Made by a program: the position numbers and the translations under genes
Assembly: GCA_913774625.1 (NCBI GenBank)
Contig: CAJYHL010000037.1
Location: 5,353-69,352 of the forward strand
From: an uncultured Acidovorax sp.
GTDB lineage: Bacteria > Pseudomonadota > Gammaproteobacteria > Burkholderiales > Burkholderiaceae_C
Direction of reading: 5' to 3'
Length of the DNA stretch: 64,000 bases
In this document: one piece after another, positions 38,539 through 49,806 of the stretch
How the letters are laid out: every line of letters begins with the position of its first letter
Position numbering within the stretch: position 1 is the first letter of the stretch
Notes under the pieces: generated by a model
Database searches by the model: none
Seen by the model: the letters and a program-made list of their open reading frames with translations, nothing else
What the model was told of the DNA's origin: nothing

Positions 38539-39539
38539 CAGATCACCTTGGCGCGCATGAGGTCGCCGATATGGACCACGCCGACCAGCAGGCCGGCCGC
38601 GTCGGTGACGAGCACGCTGGTGATGCCATGGCTTTCCATGGCGGCGGCGGCATCGACGGCCAGCGCATCGGCCGCGATGGTGCGCGGGCCGGCATGCATG
38701 ACTTCGCCGGCCGTGGCGCTGCGCAGGTCGGCGCCGGCCTCGATGCGGCGGCGCAGGTCGCCGTCGGTGAAGATGCCCAGCAGGCGGCCGTCCGCATCGA
38801 CGATGGCCGAGGCGCCCAGGCGCTTGGCGCTCATCTCGCGCATGAGTTCGCTGAAGCTGGCGCCGGGGCCCACGCGGGGCACTTCGTCGCCCGCGCGCAT
38901 GACGTCGCCCACATGGGTCAGCAGCTTGCGGCCCAGGGCGCCGCCGGGGTGGGAGCGGGCGAAGTCCTCGGGCCGGAAGCCGCGCGCGTCCAGCAGGGCC
39001 ACGGCCAGCGCGTCGCCCATGGCCAGCTGCGCGGTGGTGCTGGTGGTAGGCGCCAGGTTGAGCGGGCAGGCTTCGCGCTCGACGCCGCAGTCCAGCACCG
39101 TGTCGGCATGGCGCGCCAGGGTGGACTGCAGGCCGCCGGTCATGGCGATCAGCGGCGCGCCCAGGCGCTTGAGCACCGGCAGCAGCACGGTGAGCTCGTT
39201 GCTTTCGCCGCTGTTGGAAATCGCCAGCACCAGGTCGCCCTGTGTGACCATGCCCAGGTCGCCGTGGCTGGCCTCGGCCGGGTGGACGAAGAAGGCGGGC
39301 GTGCCGGTGGAGGCGAGCGTGGCAGCGATCTTGCGGCCCACGTGGCCGCTCTTGCCCATGCCCATGACGACGATGCGGCCCGGGGTGCCCAGCATGCGGC
39401 GCACGGCATCGACGAAGGGGTCGCCTAGCCGCTGCGCGAGGCCGCCGAGCGCGGCGGCCTCGATGGCGAAGGTTTCGCGGGCCAGGCGCAGGACTTCAGC
39501 GGCGTCGAAGGGCGGCAGTGCGGCGGGAGCAAGAGACAT
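38538..39539 (-). CDS. kdsD: Arabinose-5-phosphate isomerase (SIS + CBS)
   Basis: GMGKSGHVG, HPAEASHGDLG, LAPTTST, HPGGALG. Confidence 0.93.
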   Translation of the reverse strand: MSLAPAALPPFDAAEVLRLARETFAIEAAALGGLAQRLGDPFVDAVRRMLGTPGRIVVMGMGKSGHVGRKIAATLASTGTPAFFVHPAEASHGDLGMVTQGDLVLAISNSGESNELTVLLPVLKRLGAPLIAMTGGLQSTLARHADTVLDCGVEREACPLNLAPTTSTTAQLAMGDALAVALLDARGFRPEDFARSHPGGALGRKLLTHVGDVMRAGDEVPRVGPGASFSELMREMSAKRLGASAIVDADGRLLGIFTDGDLRRRIEAGADLRSATAGEVMHAGPRTIAADALAVDAAAAMESHGITSVLVTDAAGLLVGVVHIGDLMRAKVI

Positions 39540-39597
39540 GGCGAGCGATTCTATCGACCGCCCCAATCGGGCGCTGGCGCTCGGCTAGCATCGGAGG

Positions 39598-41583
39598 ATG
39601 TCGTCGCTTGCGCTCACCCTGCTCTACCTGCTGGCCGCCGTGCTGGGCGTGGTGGCGTGCCGCAGCCTGAAGCTGCCGCCCATGCTGGGCTACCTGACGG
39701 CGGGCATCCTGATCGGGCCCCATGCGCTGGCGCTGGCGCAGGATTCGGAAGCCGTGCGGCATCTGGGCGAATTCGGCGTGGTGTTCCTCATGTTCGCCAT
39801 CGGGCTGGAATTCAGCCTGCCCAAGCTGCGCGCCATGCGACGCTACGTGTTCGGCCTGGGGCTGATGCAGGTCGCCGGCACCATGGCGGCCGCCATGGCG
39901 GGCGTGCTGCTGCTGTCGCGCTGGGCAGGCGGCGTATGGGACGTGGGCTGGCAGACCGCTCTGGCGCTGGCCGGCACGCTGGCCATGAGCAGCACGGCCA
40001 TCGTGGTCAAGCTGATGGCCGAGCGCGCCGAGCTGGAGAGCCAGCACGGCCGGCGGGTGCTGGGCATCCTGCTGTTCCAGGACCTGGCCGTGGTGCCGCT
40101 GCTGGTGCTGATACCGGCGCTCGGCTCCTCGCCCGAGCGGCTGATGGTGGAGATGGGCCTGGCCCTGCTCAAGGCCACCGTGCTGGTGGGCGTGCTGCTG
40201 GCGGGCGGCCAGCGCGTGATGCGCTGGTGGCTCACCCTGGTGGCGCGGCGCAAGAGCGACGAGCTGTTCATGCTGAACCTGCTGCTCATCACGCTGGGCC
40301 TGGCCTGGATGACCGACCAGGCCGGCCTGTCGCTGGCGCTGGGCGCCTTCATCGCGGGAGTGCTGGTGTCGGAAACCGAATACCGCCATCAGGTGGGCAC
40401 CGACATCCGGCCCTTCCACGACGTGCTGCTGGGCCTCTTCTTCATCACCGTGGGAATGATGCTGGACTGGCACATCCTGCTGGAACGCTGGGCGCTGGTG
40501 CTGGCGCTGCTGGCCGTGCCCATGCTGCTGAAGATGGGCATCATCCTGCTGCTGGCGCGCGGCATGGGGGCCACCACGGGCGTGTCGCTGCGCACCGGGC
40601 TCTACCTGGCGCAGGCGGGCGAATTCGGCTTCGTGCTGCTGTCGCTCACCCAGGAGCACGGACTGGTGCCCGCCGCGCTGATGAATCCCGTGCTCGCGGC
40701 CATGGTGCTGTCGATGCTGGCCACGCCTTTCCTCATCCTCTACAGCAACCGCATCGTGATGAAGCTGGTGGCCAGCGACTGGCTGCAGCAGTCGCTGCAG
40801 ATGACGACCATCGCGCGCCAGTCCATCAACACCGACCGGCACGTGCTGATCTGCGGCTACGGCCGCTGCGGGCAGAACCTGGCGCGCATGCTGCAGCGCG
40901 AAGGCATTCCCTATCTGGCGCTGGACCTGGACCCGGACCGCGTGCGGCAGGCTGCGGCCGGCGGCGATTCCGTGGTGTATGGCGATGCCACCCGCCTGCA
41001 GGCGCTGGTGGCCGCCGGGCTGGCGCGGGCCAGCGCCGTGGCCGTGACCTATCTGGACCTGCCCGCCACCATGAAGGTGCTGGCCCACACCAGCAGCCAC
41101 GCCCCGCATGTGCCCGTGGTGGTGCGCACGCAGGACGACCTCCACCTGGACCGGCTGCAGGCCGCCGGCGCCACCGAAGTGGTGCCGGAGGCCATCGAGG
41201 GCTCGCTGATGCTGGCCAGCCATGCGCTGGCGCTGGTGGGCGTGCCCATGCGGCGGGTGCTGCGCAGCGTGCAGGAGCAGCGCGACGCGCGCTACCACCT
41301 GCTGCGCGGCTACTTCCACGGTGCCGACGACGACACGGCCTCGGAGCGCGACCAGGAACGGCTGACCTCCATCACCCTGCCCCCGGACGCCGCCGCGCTG
41401 GGCCAGGCACTGGGCCTGCTGGCGCTGCAGGCCATCGGCGCGCAGGTGGTGAGCCTGCGGCGCGGCAACGGCCAGATGTCCGCCGCCAGCGACGATGCCC
41501 GGCTGGCGGAAGGCGACACGCTGGTGCTGTCGGGCCACCCGACGGCGCTGGCCCTGGCCGAGGATCGGCTGCTGCGCGGCTGA
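39598..41583 (+). CDS. CPA2-family K+/H+ antiporter with TrkA-N and TrkA-C domains
   Basis: GLEFSL, LFQD, QAGEF, CGYGRCG, YGDAT. Confidence 0.9.
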   Translation: MSSLALTLLYLLAAVLGVVACRSLKLPPMLGYLTAGILIGPHALALAQDSEAVRHLGEFGVVFLMFAIGLEFSLPKLRAMRRYVFGLGLMQVAGTMAAAMAGVLLLSRWAGGVWDVGWQTALALAGTLAMSSTAIVVKLMAERAELESQHGRRVLGILLFQDLAVVPLLVLIPALGSSPERLMVEMGLALLKATVLVGVLLAGGQRVMRWWLTLVARRKSDELFMLNLLLITLGLAWMTDQAGLSLALGAFIAGVLVSETEYRHQVGTDIRPFHDVLLGLFFITVGMMLDWHILLERWALVLALLAVPMLLKMGIILLLARGMGATTGVSLRTGLYLAQAGEFGFVLLSLTQEHGLVPAALMNPVLAAMVLSMLATPFLILYSNRIVMKLVASDWLQQSLQMTTIARQSINTDRHVLICGYGRCGQNLARMLQREGIPYLALDLDPDRVRQAAAGGDSVVYGDATRLQALVAAGLARASAVAVTYLDLPATMKVLAHTSSHAPHVPVVVRTQDDLHLDRLQAAGATEVVPEAIEGSLMLASHALALVGVPMRRVLRSVQEQRDARYHLLRGYFHGADDDTASERDQERLTSITLPPDAAALGQALGLLALQAIGAQVVSLRRGNGQMSAASDDARLAEGDTLVLSGHPTALALAEDRLLRG

Positions 41584-41595
41584 GGGCTGCGCGGG

Positions 41596-44500
41596 CTACG
41601 CGGCCCGCAGCAGCTCCGCCGGCCCCGGCCGGCCGAACAGATAGCCCTGGAAGCGGCGGCAGCCGTTGCGCAGCAGGAATTCGCGCTGGCCTTCCGTTTC
41701 CACGCCTTCGGCCACCACGTCCAGGCCCAGGCTGTGCGCCAAGGCGACGATGGTGCAGGCGATGGCCGCGTCGTTGGGGTCGGTGAGCACGTCGCGCACG
41801 AAGCTCTGGTCGATCTTGAGCTGGTCCAGCGGCAGGCGCTTGAGGTAGGCCAGCGACGAATAGCCGGTGCCGAAGTCGTCCAGCGAGAATCCCACGCCCT
41901 GGCTGCGCAGCACCTGCATCTTGGCGATGGTGTCTTCCACGTCGTGCAGCAGCAGGCTTTCGGTCAGCTCGATCTTCAGGCGCCTGGGGCTGGCGCCGCT
42001 CTCCAGCAGGGCGCTGGCCACCTGCTGCACGAAGTCCGCATGGCGGAACTCATAGGCGCTGACGTTCACCGACAGCGTCCAGTCGGCGGTCTCCTCCGAC
42101 CCGGCCCAGCGGGCCAGTTGCTCGCAGGCCGAGCGCAGCATCAGCCGGCCCAGCGGCATGATGAGTCCGGTCTGCTCGGCCGCCGCGATGAATTCGCCCG
42201 GCGGCACCATGCCGCGTACCGGGTGGTTCCAGCGCACCAGAGCTTCGGCGCCCAGCACGCGGCCGTCCGCATCCACCACGGGCTGGTAGTGCGGCAGGAA
42301 TTCGGACCGCTGCAGGCCCAGGCGCATGTCGGCCTCCAGCGCCGAACGGGCATTGGCCGTGGTCTGCATCTGCGGGTCGAAGAAGCACAGCGTGTTGCGG
42401 CCCTGCGCCTTGGCCTGGTACATGGCCAGGTCGGCCCGCTTGAGCAGGTCGCCGGAGGTTTCCTCGCGCCCCAGGAACAGCGCGGCCCCGGCGCTGGCCG
42501 TGTTGTGCATCTCGCGCCCGTCCAGCAGGTAGGGCTGGTTCATCAGGGCCAGCAGCTTCTGGCCCACCGCGCGGACTTCGACGGCCGCATCGGCCTCGTT
42601 GCCGGGCAGGCCGGAGAGCACCACCACGAATTCGTCGCCCCCTAGGCGCGCCACGGTGTCGCTGGCGCGCACCCCGCCCGACAGCCGCTGGGCGGCCTGC
42701 TGCAGCAGCTGGTCGCCCCATTCATGGCCCAGCGTGTCGTTGACGCCCTTGAAGTTGTCCAGGTCGAAGAACAGCAGGGCGCCGTAGTGGCCCTGCCGTG
42801 CGCCTATGGCCAGCACACGGTCCATGCGGTCCATCAGCAGGCGGCGGTTGGGCAGGCCGGTGAGTTCGTCGAAGAAGGCCAGGCGCTCGATCTCGGCCTC
42901 GGCCCGCTTGCGGTCGGTGATGCTGCGCCCCACGCCCCGGTAGCCGAGGAAGCGCCCCTCGGCATCGTAGTAGGGCTCGCCGCTGATCGACACCCAGGCG
43001 ATGCTGCCGTCGGGCTGGGGGTACTGGAGCTGCAGGTCGTGGAAGACCTCCTGAGCCTGCAGCTGGGCCCGGTGCGCCTGCCACTGGGCCTCGGTCAGGC
43101 CCTGGCCGGGCAGCTCCCAGCGGGTCTTGCCCAAGAAGCCGCCCGGCTCCACGCCGATTTCGGTGCGTGTCGCCCCCTCCATGCGCACGAAGCGGAATTC
43201 GGCGTCCTGCTCCCAGTACCAGTCGGAGGACAGCTGCGTCAGGCTGCGCCAGCGCGCCTCGCTGGCGCGCAAGGCCTCCTGGGTGGCGACGAAATCGGTG
43301 ACGTCGGTGAAGCTGCGCACGCGCCCTCCGCCCGGCAGCAGGCGGGTGCGCACCTCGACGTGGTGGCCGGAATGCGTGCGGCGCAGGTAGCTGGCGGGCA
43401 TCTGCAGCGGCTCGCCCAGGGCGGCATGCTCGCCGCGCACATAGTCCCGGGCCGCGGGCTCGACCGCCAGGAAGTCGGGCCCGAAGTCCCCGCGTGCGGC
43501 CTGGAAGCGCACCACCTCCTCGACCCTGGGCTGGCGGGCCAGCAGTTCCTCGGGCATTTCCAGCAGCTCCAGGTAGCGGCGGTTATAGACGCAGATGCGG
43601 CCCTCCGCATCGACGTTGGTGATGCCCTGGTCCATGAAGTCGAGCGTGCTCTCCAGCACATGGGTCTTTTCCACCAGCAAGGCGGTGGTGCGCGCCAGCT
43701 GCTCCTCGGCGCTGCGCCGCGCTGCCTGCGTGCGCTGGGCCATCTCCATCTGCACCAGGGTGCCCAGGAGCGGCTGCAGGCCGCGCGGCAGTTCGCTGGC
43801 ATAGCCGCTCTGGCGGCCGGCCAGCAGCAGCAACACGACCGGCTCGTCCCCCACCCGCAAGGCCTGCGAGCAGCAGGCGCCCGGCGCCATGAGCCCCGCG
43901 GGCCAGTCATCGACGGCGCAGGTGCCGGGCGCATCGTTGTGGACTACCAGCGCCCGGCCGCCGAGCGCACGGGACAGCAGGCCCGTGCATGCCGGAGCGA
44001 CGGTCCATTCGTCGCCCGCGGCGGGTGCCCGTTCGCCGGGCCAGGGCCCGGCCTGGGCGAGCAACCGCAATCCCCAGGACGGAGCCGGTGGTGGCGGCGG
44101 CGCATCGGCACCCGGGGCCGGGGCGCCGGGCGGCAGCACGCAGGCGAGCAGGCCGCAGCTGCTGGCGGTATGCGCCAGCAGCTCCTGCAGCAGCAGCGAG
44201 AAGGCCTGCGGCGCACAGCCGTCGATGAACAGCGATTGCGCGCGCGACATGGCGTTCAGCAGCCGGTGCTGGCGTGCATGCAGCGTCTGGGCGACCTCCC
44301 GCGCCACCACGGTGCAGGACTGCTCCAGCACCTCTTCGATCTGTGCCGGCACCGAAAGGAGATAGGAATGGGCTGCGTCGCGCACGATGAAGTCGCGAAA
44401 GCCGTGCCGCAGGGCCGTCGCCGCGCGGGCCGCGCCATCCTCCGGCACGGCCACCATCACCGGGATGCCGTTGGCCATCTCCAGCACGTCGAAGGCATTG

Positions 44501-44682
44501 CCGTCGGCCAGTTGCTCGGCCGCCAGGATCACGTCGATGTTGTCCGAGGCCAGCCGCTGCCAGGCCTCGGCCACGGTGGGCACCACGTTCACGCGCCAGC
44601 CCAGCCATGCATCGGCAAGTGCGCGCACCAGGCCCTGGGTATGGGAAGAATCGCCATCGACGAGCAGTACCGAAACAGGCAT
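41596..44682 (-). CDS. REC-like/GAF/PAS/GGDEF/EAL c-di-GMP enzyme
   Basis: N-terminal receiver fold, two PAS regions, [25 protein letters not shown]. Confidence 0.9.
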   Translation of the reverse strand: MPVSVLLVDGDSSHTQGLVRALADAWLGWRVNVVPTVAEAWQRLASDNIDVILAAEQLADGNAFDVLEMANGIPVMVAVPEDGAARAATALRHGFRDFIVRDAAHSYLLSVPAQIEEVLEQSCTVVAREVAQTLHARQHRLLNAMSRAQSLFIDGCAPQAFSLLLQELLAHTASSCGLLACVLPPGAPAPGADAPPPPPAPSWGLRLLAQAGPWPGERAPAAGDEWTVAPACTGLLSRALGGRALVVHNDAPGTCAVDDWPAGLMAPGACCSQALRVGDEPVVLLLLAGRQSGYASELPRGLQPLLGTLVQMEMAQRTQAARRSAEEQLARTTALLVEKTHVLESTLDFMDQGITNVDAEGRICVYNRRYLELLEMPEELLARQPRVEEVVRFQAARGDFGPDFLAVEPAARDYVRGEHAALGEPLQMPASYLRRTHSGHHVEVRTRLLPGGGRVRSFTDVTDFVATQEALRASEARWRSLTQLSSDWYWEQDAEFRFVRMEGATRTEIGVEPGGFLGKTRWELPGQGLTEAQWQAHRAQLQAQEVFHDLQLQYPQPDGSIAWVSISGEPYYDAEGRFLGYRGVGRSITDRKRAEAEIERLAFFDELTGLPNRRLLMDRMDRVLAIGARQGHYGALLFFDLDNFKGVNDTLGHEWGDQLLQQAAQRLSGGVRASDTVARLGGDEFVVVLSGLPGNEADAAVEVRAVGQKLLALMNQPYLLDGREMHNTASAGAALFLGREETSGDLLKRADLAMYQAKAQGRNTLCFFDPQMQTTANARSALEADMRLGLQRSEFLPHYQPVVDADGRVLGAEALVRWNHPVRGMVPPGEFIAAAEQTGLIMPLGRLMLRSACEQLARWAGSEETADWTLSVNVSAYEFRHADFVQQVASALLESGASPRRLKIELTESLLLHDVEDTIAKMQVLRSQGVGFSLDDFGTGYSSLAYLKRLPLDQLKIDQSFVRDVLTDPNDAAIACTIVALAHSLGLDVVAEGVETEGQREFLLRNGCRRFQGYLFGRPGPAELLRAA

Positions 44683-44840
44683 GGGCGCCGTGCTTTCATC
44701 GAGAAAAAGGGCTCTGCGGTCCGCAAGGGCCGGGACGCCTGCAGCCTCGCGGCCATTATGCGTTGGCTCGCGCGGCTGTTTACACTTGCGGCCCGCCCGG
44801 CGGCACGACTGCCGGCCATTTGCCACGATCTCCTCTTGCA

Positions 44841-45395
44841 ATGCAGCATTTCAGCGTCAACCAGTACCTGCGCCAGCACATCCGCACCGTGCCCGACTGG
44901 CCCGCGCCCGGCGTGCAGTTCCGCGACATCACCCCGCTGCTGCAGGACCCCAAGGTCTTCCGCGTGCTGATCGACGCCTTCGTCCACCGCTACATGGACC
45001 GCGCCCTGCGCCCCGACGTGGTGGCCGGGCTGGACGCGCGCGGCTTCATCCTGGGCGCGGTCGTGGCCTACGAGCTCAACGTGGGCTTCGTGCCGATCCG
45101 CAAGAAGGGCAAGCTGCCCTTCACCACGGTCGAGGAAACCTACGAGCTGGAATACGGAAGCGCCACCGTGGAGCTGCACGCCGACGCCGTGAAGCCGGGC
45201 GACCGCGTGCTGCTGATCGACGACCTCATCGCCACGGGCGGCACCATGATGGCCGGCAAGAACCTGCTGGAAAAGCTGGGGGCCACCGTGACAGAAGGCG
45301 CGGCCATCGTGGACCTGCCCGAGCTGGGGGGTTCGCGGCGCCTGACCGAAGCCCGGCTGCCGATCTTCACGCTGGTGGACTTCGCGGGCCACTGA
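44841..45395 (+). CDS. apt: Adenine phosphoribosyltransferase
   Basis: [36 protein letters not shown]. Confidence 0.95.
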   Translation: MQHFSVNQYLRQHIRTVPDWPAPGVQFRDITPLLQDPKVFRVLIDAFVHRYMDRALRPDVVAGLDARGFILGAVVAYELNVGFVPIRKKGKLPFTTVEETYELEYGSATVELHADAVKPGDRVLLIDDLIATGGTMMAGKNLLEKLGATVTEGAAIVDLPELGGSRRLTEARLPIFTLVDFAGH

Positions 45396-45432
45396 CCCCG
45401 GGGCCTGCCGCAGCGGGCACCCGCTCCGCCCG

Positions 45433-46272
45433 CTACAGATCGCCGAACTGCGTGGTGCTGAGATGGTCCGGCAGCCCGGACGAACCGGAGCCGTGCGTCT
45501 GCTGCGTGTCTTCGAAACCCGTGCGCCCGGACGCGGCACGCCCACGCAGCGGCCCGACGCGCACGCTATCGGCCAGCGCCGCCGCCGCAGCGCCGGCGGG
45601 TGGCTGCGGCGGCGCTGCGGCCGGCCGGCTGGCGGAGCCGGCCCGCAAGGCCTGCTTGAAGGCTTCCACCTCGTCGGCTCCGATGGGCTCGAAGAAGCCC
45701 CCGCCGGACGGGCCCGCGGAGGCCGGTGCCATCGCCAGGCCTGCGGGCGCGGCAGCATCCGGCGCGGGCACGCCGGGAGACGATGCCCCCGGCGCCTGCG
45801 ATCGGGCCGCTGCGGCGCGGGCCGCCAGGGGCTGCGGGCGGGCGGGGCCGGCTGCAGCGGCAGCGGCGGCCGGCGCAGGAGCCCCCGCGGCGATGCCCAC
45901 GCGGTCGCTGATGCGCCAATAGACCGCCGTCACGCCGATGTCGAAGCGGGCCTGAGCCGTCTGCACGATCAGTGCCTCGATCGCGCTCAGCCGCACGGTT
46001 TCGCCGCCGTATTCGCGCGCCAGATCGACCATCACCATGAACTGGTGGCCGCGCTGGTCCAGCGACAGCACCTTGAACTTGTAGCCGGCCGACAGCACGC
46101 CGGCCCGCACCATGGCCTCGCGCACCACGGCATAGAGCCGCTCGCGGCGCTCGGTGCGTTCGGTCCGGAGCGAGGCGGCCGGGTCGGCGGCATAGCCGTG
46201 GACGTGCTGGCGCGGGTGGGTGCCGGTGCGCTGGGGCTTGCGGTATCCGGTCAACCAGCGAAAAAAAGACAT
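45433..46272 (-). CDS. Hypothetical protein
   Basis: 279-aa ORF with host codon usage; folded-looking N-domain, Ala/Pro linker, short C-terminal motif. Confidence 0.65.
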   Translation of the reverse strand: MSFFRWLTGYRKPQRTGTHPRQHVHGYAADPAASLRTERTERRERLYAVVREAMVRAGVLSAGYKFKVLSLDQRGHQFMVMVDLAREYGGETVRLSAIEALIVQTAQARFDIGVTAVYWRISDRVGIAAGAPAPAAAAAAAGPARPQPLAARAAAARSQAPGASSPGVPAPDAAAPAGLAMAPASAGPSGGGFFEPIGADEVEAFKQALRAGSASRPAAAPPQPPAGAAAAALADSVRVGPLRGRAASGRTGFEDTQQTHGSGSSGLPDHLSTTQFGDL

Positions 46273-46489
46273 GCCTTACCTTCGCGATGCACGGAATGGC
46301 CGGGCCGGTGGAACACGGGCTCCGGGCGATCCGCAGGACAGGAAAACGGAGAGGGCCCCGCAGGGGAGGCCATGATGCCGCAGCGCGATGACATGGGGCC
46401 GGCCTGGAATGCGAGGCATGCGCGACAAGCTAACCGCGAATCCGCCGATGCACAAGCGTCCGGAACTCCAGGCCCGGCGGCGCCGCAGG

Positions 46490-47908
46490 CTATTTCCCGA
46501 TGCAGAAGCTGGAGAAGATCACGCCCAGCAGGTCGTCCGAGGTGAATTCGCCCGTGATGGCGTTGAGCGCGTTCTGGGCCAGGCGCAGTTCCTCGGCCAG
46601 CAGGTCGAGCGCCGGGCCGGCGGCGTGCAGTTGCGCCGCCGCCTCCATCAGGTGCCCATCGACAGCCTGCAGCGCGGCGATGTGGCGGGCGCGGGCGATA
46701 TAGAGGCCTTCGGCCGCCGACTGCCAGCCGGCGACCTCCAGCAGGCGGCGGCGCAGCGCATCCAGCCCCTCGCCGGTGCGGGCCGACAGGCGCACGCCCG
46801 GCTCCGCGCCGGCGCCGCCACCGCCGCCCGCCACCCGGTCGGTCTTGTTCCACACGTCGATGACCGGGACGCTGGCCGGTACCCGCTGGCAGATGGTGGC
46901 GGCGATGAGCGCATCGGCCGCCGCGTAGTCGGGCGCATCGGCGCGGCTCAGGTCGTGCAGGAAGAGCACGGCGTCGGCACCGGCGATCTCGTCCCAGGCG
47001 CGGGCGATGCCGATCCTCTCGACCTCGTCCTCGCTCTCGCGCAGGCCGGCGGTGTCGATCACGTGGAGGGGCACGCCCTCGATCTGGATGGTCTGCTGCA
47101 CCTTGTCGCGCGTGGTGCCGGCGATGGGCGTGACGATGGCCAGCTCCGCCCCCGCCAGCGCGTTCAGCAGCGAGCTCTTGCCCGCGTTGGGCTGGCCCGC
47201 GATGACCACCTTGATGCCTTCGCGCAGCAGCGCGCCCTGGCTGGCACGGCCCATCACGGCGGCCAGGGTCTGCTGCAGCTGCGATAGCTGGCCGTGCGCG
47301 TCGGCCTTGCGCAGGAAGTCGATCTCCTCTTCGGGAAAGTCCAGCGTGGCCTCGACCAGCATGCGCAGGTGCACCAGCGCATCGCGCAGGGCGTGGATCT
47401 CCTGCGAGAAGGCGCCGGCCAGCGAGCGGCTGGCGCTGCGGGCCGCCGCCTCGGTGCTGGCGTCGATCAGGTCGGCGATGGCCTCGGCCTGGGCCAGGTC
47501 GATCTTGTCGTTCAGGAAGGCGCGCTCGGTGAATTCGCCGGGCTGGGCCAGGCGCAGGCCCGGAAGCACGGGCCGACCGCTGGCGGCGTCGGGCGCGGCG
47601 GCGGCTTCGAGGCAGCGCGCCAGCAGCAGCTGCAGCACCACGGGACCGCCGTGGGCCTGCAGCTCCAGCACGTCTTCGCCGGTGTAGCTGTGCGGCGCGG
47701 GAAAGTAGAGCGCCAGGCCCTGGTCGATGGGCTGCCCCGCCGCGTCGCGGAAGGGCAGGTAGGTGGCCTCGCGCGGCTTCAGCGCCCGGCCGCAAAGGGC
47801 CTGCACCAGGCCTCCCAGCTGCGGGCCCGAGACCCGCACGATGCCCACGGCGCCGCGCCCCGGTGCGGTGGCGACGGCGGCGATGGGTTCGTTGTGGCGG
47901 GGCAGCAT
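46490..47908 (-). CDS. mnmE: tRNA modification GTPase MnmE/TrmE
   Basis: [38 protein letters not shown]. Confidence 0.96.
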   Translation of the reverse strand: MLPRHNEPIAAVATAPGRGAVGIVRVSGPQLGGLVQALCGRALKPREATYLPFRDAAGQPIDQGLALYFPAPHSYTGEDVLELQAHGGPVVLQLLLARCLEAAAAPDAASGRPVLPGLRLAQPGEFTERAFLNDKIDLAQAEAIADLIDASTEAAARSASRSLAGAFSQEIHALRDALVHLRMLVEATLDFPEEEIDFLRKADAHGQLSQLQQTLAAVMGRASQGALLREGIKVVIAGQPNAGKSSLLNALAGAELAIVTPIAGTTRDKVQQTIQIEGVPLHVIDTAGLRESEDEVERIGIARAWDEIAGADAVLFLHDLSRADAPDYAAADALIAATICQRVPASVPVIDVWNKTDRVAGGGGGAGAEPGVRLSARTGEGLDALRRRLLEVAGWQSAAEGLYIARARHIAALQAVDGHLMEAAAQLHAAGPALDLLAEELRLAQNALNAITGEFTSDDLLGVIFSSFCIGK

Positions 47909-48070
47909 GGAGGGAGCAGAAGTACGGCCCGTGGGGCCGGGGGCGGAAGGGAGCGCGGATGATAGCCGCGCCCGGCAGAGGCCTTCCGCCCAGCCCCGCC
48001 GGCCTGGGGGCGCTCGCCGAACGTGCTTCGTACGCCGAGCTCGGGACGTACTTAGAACGTGAACACGTTC

Positions 48071-49663
48071 TTACTTGATCGTCGTCCAGTTCGGCATCGG
48101 GCGGTCGTCCGCGCGGTGCGGTGTGTCCACGTTCTTGCGCATGGCCCAGGGACGGATCTGGTGGTGCAGCGGCAGGTAGTAGTACTCGTCCTTGACGCGC
48201 TGCAGCGCATTGCCGATCAGCGCATCGCGCTTGGCCGTGTCCATCTCCACCTTGATCTGGTTGATCGTGGAGTCGAGCTGGGGGTCGCTGATGCGGCCGC
48301 CGTTGTAGACGCCTGCCGCGGTCTTGCCGTCCTTGGTGGACATCAGCGCATCGAGCGTATAGAGCGCATCGAAGGTCGCCACGCCCCAGCCGAACAGGTA
48401 GGCGCTGACGTCGTTGTTCATCACGCGGCTGACGAACTGGGACATGGGCGCGGTCTGCAGCGTGGTCTTGACGCCGATGCGTGTCCACATGGCGGTGACG
48501 GCCTGGCAGATGGCCTCGTCGTTCACATAGCGGTCATTGGGGCAGTCGAGCTTGAGCGCGAAGCCCTGCGGGTAGCCAGCGTCGGCCAGCAGCTTCTTGG
48601 CGGCCTCCACGTCGTACTTGGAGGCACGCTCGTCGAGCTGCTTGGTCCAGCCGTGGACCATGGGCGCGACCATGGTGCCGGCCGGCACCGACAGGTTGCG
48701 CATGGTGCGGCTGTGCAGGCCGGCCGAGTCGATGGCCTGATAGAGCGCCTGGCGCACGCGCTTGTCCTTGAGCGGGTTCTTGCCGGGCGTGCCCGCGCCG
48801 GGCAGCTCGTCGCGGAACTGGTCCAGGCCCAGGTAGATGGTGCGGTTCTCGGCGCCTTCGACCAGCTTGATGTCCGGGCTGGCCTTCATGCGGGCCAGGT
48901 CCTGCGGCGGCGGATCGACCACAAAATCGACCTGGCCCGAGATGAGCGCGGCCGACCGCGTGGCGGCCGACTTGATGGGCGTGAACACCACCTCATCGAC
49001 GTTGCCCGTGGGCTTGTCCCACCAGTTCGGGTTCTTCTTCATCGTGACCTTCACGTCGGGCTGCCAGCCCACCAGGATGAAGGGGCCGGTGCCGTTGGCG
49101 TTGCGCGAGGCGAAGTTCTCCTCCTTGCCCGCATAGTCCTGCGCCTTGACCGAGTTGTTCTTCTCGGCCCAGGCCTTGTTCATGATGCGCGCCTCGGTGA
49201 GTTCGCGCAGCAGCACCGGGTCAGGACCCTTGAGGATCAGATCGACGGTGTAGTCATCGACCTTGCGGACCTCCTTCACCCCCTGCACCGCCGACTGCAT
49301 GTTGGACGGCGGCGTCATCAGCCGGGTGATGGAAAAGACCACGTCGTCGGCCGTGAAGGGCGCGCCGTCGTGGAATTTGACACCCTTGCGCAGCTCGAAG
49401 CGCACCTGCGTGGGCGAGACCTGCGTCCACTTGGTGGCCAGCGCCGGCTGGACCTGGTAGTTCTTGTCGTAGCGCACCAGACCTTCGTAGATCTGCTGCA
49501 GGAAGGCATGCGTCGTCTGATGATTCTGCGCGTGCGGATCGACGGTGAGGATGTCGTTCGCTCCGGCCCAGCGCATGGTGGCGGCATGGGCCGCTCCCAC
49601 GGCCATGCAGGCGGCCAGCGCCACCACGCCCAGGGAGAATTTCAAACGTTGCTGCTGCTTCAT
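48071..49663 (-). CDS. ABC transporter family-5 (Dpp/Opp-like) substrate-binding protein, no adjacent permease genes
   Basis: Signal peptide; FELRKGVKFHDGAPFTADDVVFS family-5 signature; GTGPF. Confidence 0.9.
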   Translation of the reverse strand: MKQQQRLKFSLGVVALAACMAVGAAHAATMRWAGANDILTVDPHAQNHQTTHAFLQQIYEGLVRYDKNYQVQPALATKWTQVSPTQVRFELRKGVKFHDGAPFTADDVVFSITRLMTPPSNMQSAVQGVKEVRKVDDYTVDLILKGPDPVLLRELTEARIMNKAWAEKNNSVKAQDYAGKEENFASRNANGTGPFILVGWQPDVKVTMKKNPNWWDKPTGNVDEVVFTPIKSAATRSAALISGQVDFVVDPPPQDLARMKASPDIKLVEGAENRTIYLGLDQFRDELPGAGTPGKNPLKDKRVRQALYQAIDSAGLHSRTMRNLSVPAGTMVAPMVHGWTKQLDERASKYDVEAAKKLLADAGYPQGFALKLDCPNDRYVNDEAICQAVTAMWTRIGVKTTLQTAPMSQFVSRVMNNDVSAYLFGWGVATFDALYTLDALMSTKDGKTAAGVYNGGRISDPQLDSTINQIKVEMDTAKRDALIGNALQRVKDEYYYLPLHHQIRPWAMRKNVDTPHRADDRPMPNWTTIK

Positions 49664-49806
49664 CGGCAAAGCCTCCGGAAAAGGTTTCGTTGAGGTAAGC
49701 GCAGAGACTAGCAACGAACGTACCGAAATGACAGCGGCCGCCCGAAGGCGGCCGCTGGGGATTGTCCGGATGGCGCGCCGCGCAGGCGGCGCACCAATTC
49801 AGGGCA

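Noticed and set aside
48054-48071. AGAACGTG-AA-CACGTTCT as a parS site
   Set aside because: Does not match the GTTTCACGTGAAAC core; lies at a gene 3' end and is better explained as a terminator-like hairpin
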